Assembly (NCBI GenBank): GCA_963674595.2
Contig: CAXXFV010000005.1
Location: forward strand, 10,500 to 74,499
Reading direction: 5' to 3'
Length of the DNA stretch: 64,000 bases
From: a bacterium
Lineage (GTDB): Bacteria; Zhuqueibacterota; Zhuqueibacteria; Residuimicrobiales; Krinioviventaceae
Below, in pieces: positions 29,272 to 39,408 of the stretch (position 1 is the first letter of the stretch; every line of letters starts with the position of its first letter). Both the position numbers and the translations under genes were made by a program. Below the pieces are notes generated by a model. The model was not told the origin of the DNA, did no database searches, and worked only from the letters and a program-made list of their open reading frames with translations.

Positions 29272-29575
29272 CCAGTGTCAAAAATGTAAAAAATGTAAAA
29301 ATACCACCCTTTAATCGTTATTCCTTGAAGTGAAAAAGGTGAATCCAGGATCTCCATTTCCGATTATGACCTCTGCTCTCTCCCGATAACAGCGATAAAA
29401 GCCTACCAGTGTATAAAGTGTGTAAAATTAGGAAACTTTCGGTTTTTGATTTATAAAACTTTGATCCTTACATCCATTTCCGATTATTATCTCTGTTCCC
29501 TCGCGATGACAGTTATAAAAGCCTACCAGTGTCAAAAATGTAAAAAATACCATTCTTTAATCGTTATTCCTTGAA
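29272..29575. repeat. Short sister array (B unit, A unit, partial B unit) of the ~121-134-bp repeat
   Basis: ACCAGTGT anchors at ~29272, 29405 and 29525; same core as the main array. Confidence 0.9.
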
Positions 29576-29594
29576 TCTATAATTTCTTTCCCAC

Positions 29595-29722
29595 TTGAAG
29601 AATACATGGATTTTTTATTACAATACAAATTATGTAAGCCCCAACAGTCGCTATATTAAACAAAAAGCCCAACAGTATTGTAGGGCTTAGTAAACTATTG
29701 AATTTCATTATTCGGTTTCAAC
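29595..29722. repeat. Repeat R3 copy 3
   Basis: AAAAGCCCAACAGTATTGTAGGGCTTAG...TTGAATTTCATTATT. Confidence 0.65.
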
Positions 29723-29821
29723 TGTCGTATTCGGTTCTACCACACCTATTACTTAACCATGGGAAAATTCCTAAGGCGAGTAAAAATTAGAAAAAATGGA
29801 ATACTGTTCGATCCCGAAAAA

Positions 29822-30982
29822 TTAGTAAATCTGTACACTGAATTTACAGTTGAAACCTGGTTTATTTATTATCTTCATTTCACTGTTTAACTGTTTAATT
29901 AGTGATTTGATTATTAACATACCAAATGAATTGCTTGATTCAAAATCAAATCCTTCAGGAAGCCCAACCCCATTATCTTCGTAATGTATGGACAATCGTT
30001 TTAAAGATGTTGATGATATCTTAATTTTGATATAAGGTCGCTCAATCGAATGAAAAGCATATTTGATCGAGTTTGTCGTTAACTCTGCGATAATTAAACC
30101 AATAGGAAGCATCTGTTCTTGATTGACGATAATATCATTAGCATCAACAATCAAATTAATATCACTTTTAGTAAGATTGGAATCAATATGCCCACACAAT
30201 TCAGTTATATAATCTTTAATTGAAATGCTCGATGTATCTTTGGACATATATAGTTTTTCGTGAATAAGGGAGATTGCAGTGATGCGATGTGTAATGTCAC
30301 CTAAAATACTCAAAAATTCACTTTCATTGTTTATTTGTTTTGATTGAAGACGAATAGAGCTTATTAATACATTAAAGTGGTTTTTAATTCTATGATGTAT
30401 CTCACGTACTATTAAATCAGTATTAGTAAGTTTATCCTTTAATTCTTCATAAAGCGTTAGCTGATTTAAATCTGACTCTATAATGCTTTTAAATTCTTGC
30501 AAAATATCGATATATAATTTTGAATATTCATTTTCTTTGTTATCCAGAACACAAAAAGTGCCAAATATTTCACCGTCATTCCATGTTATTGGAAATCCCA
30601 GATAGGAAATCATATTTAATTTTATATCAGGATTACTTTTCCAATATTCTGATTCCAGTGCATTTTTTACAAGTAAGTCTCTTCGTTTACCAACAACTGT
30701 TTCACAATACAAGCCCAGCCCCAGCACCTCAGAATCATTTTTATGATATGGGTTCCCTTTTGTATGACTGCTTGCATAAACTTCAATTCGGTCTTTTTTT
30801 AATTTCATAATGAGTGCTGACGGCACATGTAATAGTTCTGCGATTAAATCAAGTATCTTTTGCCATTTTACTTGTACATCGTCTGGTATCTCTGGTTTGC
30901 CCAAAGATGTGATAGGTACAATTATTCTGGCAGCTTCTTTCTCAACTTTAACTTTAGAATATTGATTTTTATTTACAGACAT
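29822..30982 (-). CDS. GAF-domain sensor histidine kinase (HisKA_2 type)
   Basis: GAF (GLYCETV, SYLGFPI, FGTFCVLD), EIHHRIKN, ELTTNSIKYAF, DNGVG. Confidence 0.92.
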   Translation of the reverse strand: MSVNKNQYSKVKVEKEAARIIVPITSLGKPEIPDDVQVKWQKILDLIAELLHVPSALIMKLKKDRIEVYASSHTKGNPYHKNDSEVLGLGLYCETVVGKRRDLLVKNALESEYWKSNPDIKLNMISYLGFPITWNDGEIFGTFCVLDNKENEYSKLYIDILQEFKSIIESDLNQLTLYEELKDKLTNTDLIVREIHHRIKNHFNVLISSIRLQSKQINNESEFLSILGDITHRITAISLIHEKLYMSKDTSSISIKDYITELCGHIDSNLTKSDINLIVDANDIIVNQEQMLPIGLIIAELTTNSIKYAFHSIERPYIKIKISSTSLKRLSIHYEDNGVGLPEGFDFESSNSFGMLIIKSLIKQLNSEMKIINKPGFNCKFSVQIY

Positions 30983-31522
30983 GTTGTTTGTACCTCACTA
31001 AAGTAATATTAAATATTAATATTTAAATACATATAAGATGGCGGTTCCGGATATGCAAGGTCACGAAGGTCCCTAAATGCCTGGTATTATCTGTTTCTTA
31101 TCCAAATACGTGTTACTTGAAAATGAACACAGTCGAATTTGTACTTTTCAATTTAGTTTTTATTTGTTTTGCGGTTGGTTATCTATAGGCAATTATTTTG
31201 AAAAAATGATTTTTTTGTGTAACATGTTACAAATTTAGAAATGAATTATAACTCTATCTCACGGGGTAAAATTTAACGCTACATAAAAGGTTTCATTGAC
31301 CGTAAGGAGGGATTAAAACCGATAGATCACTTTCTACCAAGTTAGAAGAAATACGTTTGTTGTGAACAGTACAAAAAATTTAAGTCAAAAGCAATCTTTT
31401 CTTCATGTTTGTCTGTAACTAAAGTATTGAAGAAGAAAATTAGATAAGGATACTATGAACTCATATGATCGACCAAATAATGCTAAAATACAATAATTTG
31501 GCTAAGATGCCAAGGTCGGGCC

Positions 31523-32075
31523 TAAACTTGCCATATTTTAGTGGACACAAAGTTAAGCACTTTTTATATTATAAACCAAAGGAAGTGTCCACATGAAAAC
31601 AAAAGACGACACTATACTACGTATTCCTGACCAAAATTGCCACCCATTCCAGTGAATACTACCTCCATGATAAATTAAAATTGTCTAAAGGTTTGGATTG
31701 TCCAGTGGTAAACTTTCAGCCGAAATCAGTGGCAGGCATTATCGTGGAATACATAGTCGGATTCAGGTTGATAGTAAAAATGGTCTGAAATGGGAAATTG
31801 AGTTAAAAGAAGAACAATACAAGTCAAGGATTTGAAACCCTTAATTTAAAATTAATTTGTTAAACATAAACTTGCTATATTTTAGTGGACACAAAGTTAA
31901 GCTCTTTTTATATTATAAACCAAAGGAAGTGTCCACATGAAAACAAAAGACGACACTATACTGCGTATTCCTGACCAAAATTGCCACCCATTAATACTAC
32001 CACCATGGTAAACTAAAATTGTCAAAATGTTTGGATTGTTCAGTGGTAAACTTTCAACTGGAATCAATGACAGGT
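31523..32075 (+). repeat. Two tandem copies of the [IS3 left end + R2] composite repeat
   Basis: TAAACTTGC.ATATTTTAGTGGACACAAAGTTAAG...GTGTCCACATGAAAACAAAAGACGAC at 31523 and 31867, each followed by an R2 core. Confidence 0.85.
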
Positions 32076-32226
32076 TATATCAGAATATAAACGTACTTTA
32101 GTATTTGATTATAAATAGGTTATCGCTAACCATCCAAAACCATGTCCACATAGGTAGCATGACTCCACGTTTTCCTTCAAGTTTCAATTATTTGACAGGA
32201 AGTATAATTCTGTTTACCCATTATAG

Positions 32227-35200
32227 ACCAGTGTCAAAAATGTAAAAAATGAAATAATGTAAAAATACCATCCTTTAATTGTTATTCATTGAAGTGAAAA
32301 AGGTGAATCCAGGATCTCCATTTCCTATTATTATCTCTGCTCTCTCCCGATAACAGCCATAAAAGCCTACCAGTGTATAATATGTAAAATAATGGACAAC
32401 CTTATCTGTTTTTAGATATAAAACTTTGATCCTTATTTCCATTTCCGATTATTATTTCTGTTCCCTCTCGATGACAGCCATAAAAGCCTACCAGTGTCAA
32501 AAATGTAAAAAAACCATCATTTAATCATTATTCCTTGAAGTGCAAAAGGTGAACCCGGATTTTCCATTTCAGATCATTACCTGTGTTCTCTCCCGATAAC
32601 AGCCATAAAAGCCTACCAGTGTGTAAAATGTGTAAAATTAGAAAACTTTCTGTTTTTAGATATATAAAATTTTGATCCATACATCCATTTCCGATTATTA
32701 TCTCTGCTCTCTCGTGACGACAGTTATAAAAGCCTACCAGTGTGTAAAATGTGTAAAATGTTTAAAATTAGAAAATTTTCTGTTTTTAGATTTATAAAAC
32801 TTAAATCTATACATCAATTTCCGATTATTATCTCTGCTCTCTCCCGATAACAACCATAAAAGCTTACCAGTGTGTAATAATTGTAATAATAGACGATTTT
32901 CTGTTTTTAAATATATAAAACTTTGATCCTTATTTACATTTCCGATTATTATCTCTGCTCTCTCCCGATGATAGCCATAAAAGCCTACCAGTGTGTAATA
33001 TGTAAAATAATGGACAACCTTATCTGTTTTTAGATACAAAATTTTGATCCTTACTTTCATTTCCGATAATAATCTCTGTTCCCTCCAGATGCCAGCCATA
33101 AAAGCTTACCAGTGTATAATATGTAAAATAATAGACAACCTTATCTGTTTATAGATATAAAACTTTGATCCTTATTTCCATTTCCGATTACTATATCTGC
33201 TCTCTCGCGATAACAGTTATAAAAGCCTACCAGTGTGTAAAGTGTGTAAAATGTAAAAATAGACAACTTTCTGTTTTTAGATATATAAACTTTGATCCTT
33301 ATTTCCATTTCCGATTATCATCTCTGTTCTCTCCCGATGACAGCGATAAACGCCTACCAGTGTGTAAAATGTGTAAAATGTTTAAAATTATAAAATTTTG
33401 ATCCATACTTTCATTTCCGATTATTATCTCTGTTCCCTCGCGATGACATCCATAAAAACCTACCAGTGTCAAAAATGTCAAAAATGTAAAAGTACCATCC
33501 TTTAATCGTTATTTCTTGAAGTGCAATAGGTGAACCCAGGATCGCCATTTCCGATTGCTATCTCTGTTTCTTCCCGATGACAGTTATAAAAGCCTACCAG
33601 TGTGTAATAATTGTAATAATAGACGACTTTCTGTTTTTAAATATATAATACTTTGATCCTTATTTCCATTTCCGATTACTATCTCTGTTCCCTCACGACG
33701 ACAGACATAAGAGCCTACCAGTGTATAATATGTAAAATAATAGAAAACTTTCTGTTTTTAGATATATAAAACTTTAATCCTTATTTCCATTTCCGATTAC
33801 TATCTCTGATCCCTCGCGATGACGGAAATTAACGCCTACCAGTGTGTAAAATGTGTAAAATGTATAAAATTAGAAAACTTTCTGTTTTTAGATTTATAAA
33901 ACTTTGATCCTTACTTTCATTTACGATTGTTATCTCTGTTCTCTCGCGATGACAGCAATAAAAGCCTACCAGTGTATAATATGTGAAATAATAAACGACT
34001 TTTTGTTTTTAGATGTATAAAACTTAAATCTATAAATCCATTTCCGATTATTATCTCTGTTCCCTCGCGATAACAGCCTACCAGTGTGTAAAATGTGTAA
34101 AATGTATAAAATTATAAAATTTTCTGTTTTTAGATTTATAAAACTTAAATCCTTACATCCATTCCCGATTATTATCTATGTTCCTTCCAGATGACAGGAA
34201 TAAACGCCTACCAGTGTATAAAATGTGAAAAATGTAAAAATACCATTCTTTAATCGTTATTCCTTGAATTGCAAAAGGTGAATCCAGATTGTCCATTTTC
34301 GATTATTATCTCTGCTCTCTCCCGATGACAGCTATAAAAGCCTACCAGTGTATAATATGTAAAATAATGGACAACCTTATCTGTTTTTAGATATAAAATT
34401 TTGATCCTTATTTACATTTCCGATTATTATCTCTGCTCTCTCGACGACAGCGATAAAAGCCTACCAGTGTGTAAAATGTATAAAATTAGAAAACTTTCTG
34501 TTTTTAGATATATTAAACTTTGATCCTTACACCCATTTCCGATTATGATCTCTGCTCCTTCGCGATGACAGCCACAAAAGCTTACCAGTGTGTAAAGTGT
34601 GTAAAATGTCAAAAATTAGACAACTTTCTGTTTATAGATATAAAATTTTGATCCTTATTTACATTTCCGATTATTATCTCTGCTCTCTCGACGACAGCGA
34701 TAAAAGCCTACCAGTGTGTAAAATGTATAAAATTAGAAAACTTTCTGTTTTTAGATATATTAAACTTTGATCCTTACACCCATTTCCGATTATGATCTCT
34801 GCTCCTTCGCGATGACAGCCACAAAAGCTTACCAGTGTGTAAAGTGTGTAAAATGTCAAAAATTAGACAACTTTCTGTTTATAGATATAAAACTTTGATC
34901 CTTATTTCTATATCCGATTACTATCTCTGCTCTCTCCCGGTGACAGCTATAAAAGCCTACCAGTGTATAAAGTGTGTAAAATTAGAAAACTTTCGGTTTT
35001 TGATTTATAAAACATTGATCCTTATTTCCATTTCCGATTATTATCACTGTTCCTTCCCGATGTCAGCGATAAACGCTTACCAGTGTAAAAAATGTGAAAA
35101 ATGTGTAAAATTAGACAACTTTCTGTTTTTAAATATATAAAATTTTGATCCATAAATCCCTTTCTGATTATTATCTCTGTTCTCACCCGATGACAGTTAT

Positions 35201-36235
35201 AAAAGCCTACCAGTGTGTAATAATTGTAATAATAGACGACTTTCTGTTTTTAAATATTTAAAACTTTGATCCTTATTTCCATTTCCGATTATTATCTCTG
35301 TTCCCTCGCGATCACAGCCATAAAAGCCTACCAGTGTATAATAATTATAATAATAGACGATTTTCTGTTTTTAAATATATAAAACTTTGATCCTTATTTC
35401 CATTTCCGATTATTATCTCTGTCTCTCCCGATAACAACCATAAAAGCCTACCAGTGTATAAAATGTGAAAAATGTAAAAATACCATTCTTTAATCGTTAT
35501 TCCTTGAATTGCAAAAGGTGATTCCAGGATCGCCATTTCCGATTATTACCTCTGCTCCTTCGCTATGACAGTTATAAAAGCCTACCAGTGTCAAAAATGT
35601 AAAAAATGTAAAAGTACCATCCTTTAATTGCTATTCCTTGAAGTGAAAAAAGTGAACCCAGGATCGCCATTTCAGATCATTATCTCTGTTCCCTCGCGAT
35701 GACAGTTATAAAAGCCTACCAGTGTCAAAAATGTAAAAAATGTAAAAATACCATTCTTTAATCGTTATTCCTTGAATTGCAAAAGGTGAATCCAAGATTT
35801 CCATTTCCGATTATTATCTCTGCTCTCTCGCGACGACAGCGATAAAAGCCTACCAGTGTATAAAGTGTGTAAAATTAGAAAACTTTCTGTTTTTAGATAT
35901 ATAAAACATTAATCCTTACATCCATTTCCGATTATCATCTCTGTTCCCTCGCGATCACAGCCATAAAAGCCTACCAGTGTATAATAATTATAATAATAGA
36001 CGATTTTCTGTTTTTAAATATATAAAACTTTGATCCTAATTTCCATTTCCGATTACTATCTCTGTTCCCTCCAGATGACAGCTATAAAAGCCTACCAGTG
36101 TGTAATAATTGTAATAATAGACAACTTTCTGTTTTTAGATTTATAAAACTTTGATCCTTACATCCATTTCTGATTATAATCTCTGTTCCCTTGCGATGAC
36201 AGCCAAGAAGCCTACCAGTGTATAAAGTGTATAAT
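32227..36235. repeat. Large non-coding tandem array of ~32 degenerate units (106-142 bp; mostly ~121, ~130 or ~134 bp)
   Basis: 33 ACCAGTGT anchors counted from 32227 to 36214. Constant core CCATTTCCGATTATTATCTCTGYTCYCTCSCGATGACAG-ATAAAAGCCTACCAGTGT, two variable module types, and an exact 247-bp internal duplication. Confidence 0.97.
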
Positions 36236-36237
36236 AT

Positions 36238-36272
36238 AAAAAAAGGCCGGAAAAATTTTCCCGGCCTTTTTC
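36238..36272. terminator. Bidirectional intrinsic terminator
   Basis: AAAAAAGGCCGG-loop-CCGGCCTTTTTT, between the array end and the stop of the 36294 gene. Confidence 0.85.
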
Positions 36273-36293
36273 TATAATATATAATATGTAATC

Positions 36294-38615
36294 TTATTTA
36301 ACATAAAATAATTTTTGTAACGATCTGTATCCCGGGGTTTTCATTTCTATAAAGTACACGCCTGTCGACAACAATTGGTTGTGTGAATTTAAACTGTTCC
36401 ATATTAACCGGTGCTGACCGGCCTGTTGTTCACCATTATAAAGAGTCTGGACTTTTTGTCCCAATGTGTTATAAACAGTCAAGGTGACATGTTCACTCTT
36501 TGGCAATGAGTAGCTGATAACAGTGGAAGAATTGAATGGATTTGGATAGGGCATTGACAATTTATACTGATCCGGAGTTTGCATAGTAACGGTAACCGTC
36601 TCCGAATAGGTGCTGCTGCCGTCCAGGTCTGTCATCTTTAAACGATAACTGTTTGTTTGGTCCGGGGAATTATCTGTAAAAGAATAGTTCTGTTCCTGTG
36701 TTGATGTGCCGGCTGCTTTTTCAAATCCGATTTGCTGAAATTTATCTCCTACTTTTTTTTCAATATAAAAACCAAGGGTATTGGACTCTGTTGCTGTTTT
36801 CCAGTTCAGAATAACGGAATTTGATTCGGTGGTTTGCGCGCTAAAAGAGACCAGCTCTACAGGCACTACCGATCCGGTTGATAACATGGAGGTATTGCCA
36901 TTAGCATCTGTAACGGTTGCTGTGGCATGACTTTGTGATATGGTGCCGTTCCATGTAAAGTTACCTGTTGCACTGGATGTTGTTTTTCCCAAATAGGTTT
37001 GTGCCTGGGTCCCATTATCGGAAAACAACTCGACTGTGCTGTTGGCGATTGTCGTACCGGTAATTGTTGTCTTGTTGGCACCGGTGATTTGCGGGGCAGG
37101 AACTAATGCATTGAGTCCGGTTTGGATAAGGATGGCAAATTCACCATTATTATAAATGGAATTTTGAGAAATGGTATTGTTTATGGTATCTTCTCCTTTT
37201 ATCCAGATGCCATAGTAACCATGTCCGGTTATAACATTATTTGTACCGATAAAATTTTGACTTGCCCCTGAAAAGAGCATAATCCCCGTATCATATCCTG
37301 AGATCAGGGTTTGGGTGGCGTTTGTGCCGAGATAATTATTTTTAATGGTTGTATTAAAATTACCAGCACCAGTCATTTTTATAGCCGCGTAGGACAAGTC
37401 CGGTTCCATATTCTGACCGACGATGACATTCCCGGGACCGATTATGTTACCATCCGGCAGGCCGCCTTTAGCTTCAGGCATAATCACCAGTCCGTTACCC
37501 GTGTTGGGGACAACGGTTGAACCATCTGCACTGCTGCCGATATAATTGTTTTCCATCACTGTATTGTGTGCACCCCTGATTTCAACGGCATTGGAGGTGT
37601 TTCCTGAAAGAACATTGTTTTTAATTTTTGTGCCGTCTGCAATATCTACGATCCAGATGGCACCTTCACCGTTCGGCAATGCGGTTTGTCCGTCGGCACC
37701 GACACCGATATAATTGTATTGTATAAGATTATTATCTGTGCCTTCATCTTTGGCATCTTTGATAATAATAGCCTGGCGCCCGCAGGCACACATGACATTC
37801 CCGGAGTCCGGAGTGGAACCGCCGACCTGGTTTGAGTAACTTCCGTTTCGGATATACATACCTGCCCAGGGACCGCCATAGGTTACATCTACGCCCCAAC
37901 CAATAGGCAATTCTGATATACCGGATTTGTTTACACCGATATAGTTACCGATGATTTTATTATCATGTACATTTAAAACCATTTCTATCGCTTCGTAATA
38001 AAACCCACCCATAATATTTCTATCCTCACCGACGCCGCCGATGACATTATGATGGGCGCCTTCCCGGATATTAACACCGTTACTTTTCTGTACAACATAA
38101 GACTGATTGCCGTCCGGATCAGTACCGATAAGGCATCCACGGATGATATTATGGTGTGCGTTTTCACCTTCAATCCAGAAATGATGGGCACGAAATTTAC
38201 CGATACATATTCCCTCTATGGTGTTATAGGCGGAATAAATACTGATTGCCGGCAATTCGACCGGAGAACGGTTGCTGAGAATAACAATTTCCAGACCGTC
38301 TGCGTTGGTATTGCCGATATTTCCGGCCTGACTGTGACCGTCGATATGTGTGTTATCATCCGTAATATCCGGCAGGGCTGTTGTACATTCAATTTCAAAT
38401 GTTCCGCTGCTTGCTGAATAATTAGGATCGCTTGTTGGTATGGCAAACTCAATCGTATCTGCACCGGGATTGGCGGCTGCCTGGGTCATGGCCCATGTTA
38501 ATGATCCGTTTCCTGTCTCATTGGTATTTGTGACCGTGTAGGTATTTGCCGACAGGATTGCCGGGAGTGCCAGCATTATTAAAATTGATTTTATGTTTTT
38601 AATAACAAAAGACAT
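36294..38615 (-). CDS. Secreted parallel beta-helix repeat protein with C-terminal T9SS-type/FlgD-Ig sorting domain
   Basis: Signal peptide, VTNTNETGNGSL, repeated N-x-I-x-GNYIG-x-x-x-x-G units, PVELVSFSA, YPNPFNSST...GVYF; GGAGG RBS before ATG 38615. Confidence 0.85.
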   Translation of the reverse strand: MSFVIKNIKSILIMLALPAILSANTYTVTNTNETGNGSLTWAMTQAAANPGADTIEFAIPTSDPNYSASSGTFEIECTTALPDITDDNTHIDGHSQAGNIGNTNADGLEIVILSNRSPVELPAISIYSAYNTIEGICIGKFRAHHFWIEGENAHHNIIRGCLIGTDPDGNQSYVVQKSNGVNIREGAHHNVIGGVGEDRNIMGGFYYEAIEMVLNVHDNKIIGNYIGVNKSGISELPIGWGVDVTYGGPWAGMYIRNGSYSNQVGGSTPDSGNVMCACGRQAIIIKDAKDEGTDNNLIQYNYIGVGADGQTALPNGEGAIWIVDIADGTKIKNNVLSGNTSNAVEIRGAHNTVMENNYIGSSADGSTVVPNTGNGLVIMPEAKGGLPDGNIIGPGNVIVGQNMEPDLSYAAIKMTGAGNFNTTIKNNYLGTNATQTLISGYDTGIMLFSGASQNFIGTNNVITGHGYYGIWIKGEDTINNTISQNSIYNNGEFAILIQTGLNALVPAPQITGANKTTITGTTIANSTVELFSDNGTQAQTYLGKTTSSATGNFTWNGTISQSHATATVTDANGNTSMLSTGSVVPVELVSFSAQTTESNSVILNWKTATESNTLGFYIEKKVGDKFQQIGFEKAAGTSTQEQNYSFTDNSPDQTNSYRLKMTDLDGSSTYSETVTVTMQTPDQYKLSMPYPNPFNSSTVISYSLPKSEHVTLTVYNTLGQKVQTLYNGEQQAGQHRLIWNSLNSHNQLLSTGVYFIEMKTPGYRSLQKLFYVK

Positions 38616-38673
38616 GTTCCCTCCAAACAAAGAGTGATGAGTTAAATGATTAATAAATTTAATAAAACGCATT

Positions 38674-38949
38674 TCAATAGATTTCATCATGATGACCTAC
38701 GTTTACGAGAATGATTTCTTTTTCAGTAATATAAAATTCTAATACAATTCGATATGAAATGTTTATTGATACGGAATATAGTTTGTTAAATTTACCCTTT
38801 AATTGATGCAACCTAAGGGATGGATGGTCGGGATTCATTTCTAAAATTTTTAATGTTTTTTCATATTGTGAAATTATTTCCGGATGCTTTTTTAAAAATT
38901 TGGATGCTCTTTTGATATAACTGTACGTATAAACAAGTTGATATGTCAT
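38674..38949 (-). CDS. Type II toxin, RelE/YafQ superfamily
   Basis: 91 aa, NPDHPSLRLHQLKG, SVSINISYRI, VGHHDEIY. Confidence 0.85.
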   Translation of the reverse strand: MTYQLVYTYSYIKRASKFLKKHPEIISQYEKTLKILEMNPDHPSLRLHQLKGKFNKLYSVSINISYRIVLEFYITEKEIILVNVGHHDEIY

Positions 38950-39197
38950 TTTGTTACTCGTTGAACATGTTCTTCAACAGATTCTGTAACAAAATTTCCG
39001 GCTTTATAATCGGCCTCTGTTTCGCGTAAAGCAGCATCAAGTTCACATTCACGGAGATAATTATAGTATTTCATATCCATAACGACAAATTTTTCTTTAC
39101 CACGAACAGTAATTACCAATTCGCTATTGTCTTCAAGATTGCTCTCTATAGCAGATATACCTTTTGTTTTTAATTGATTGGCTGTTATCGTATTCAT
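38946..39197 (-). CDS. Type II antitoxin, Phd/YefM family
   Basis: ITANQLK...VITVRGKEKFVVM; 4-bp overlap with the toxin gene. Confidence 0.85.
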   Translation of the reverse strand: MNTITANQLKTKGISAIESNLEDNSELVITVRGKEKFVVMDMKYYNYLRECELDAALRETEADYKAGNFVTESVEEHVQRVTK

Positions 39198-39408
39198 AAT
39201 AAACCTTTTTAGAATGCTTTTAATAGTACTCTTGTGAGTGATAATATATTAACATTCGATACGATAATCAAGTTAAAATTTGATATATGCTTTTCCTGTG
39301 CATTTGTCATGGCTCAACCTGTTTACGGGTATTTCTTTATATATACAGAAAAAAATACATTTTCGCCTAAAAAATAAATGATTTTATTTAAAAATAGAGT
39401 AACATTTT

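Noticed and set aside
22889-32075. Integron attC cassette array
   Set aside because: No intI gene, no clear RYYYAAC/GTTRRRY boxes, and the intervening genes have long intergenic regions and mixed orientation.
32734-35536. Short ORFs inside the array as real genes
   Set aside because: Unit lengths are mostly not multiples of 3, the frames shift between units, and the ORFs occur on both strands without an RBS.
32227-36235. CRISPR array
   Set aside because: The intervening sequences recur as two families instead of being unique spacers, the repeat is long and degenerate, and there are no cas genes in the window.
38616-38690. Extended N-terminus of the beta-helix protein overlapping the toxin gene
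   Set aside because: A GGAGG RBS and a signal peptide support the start at 38615.
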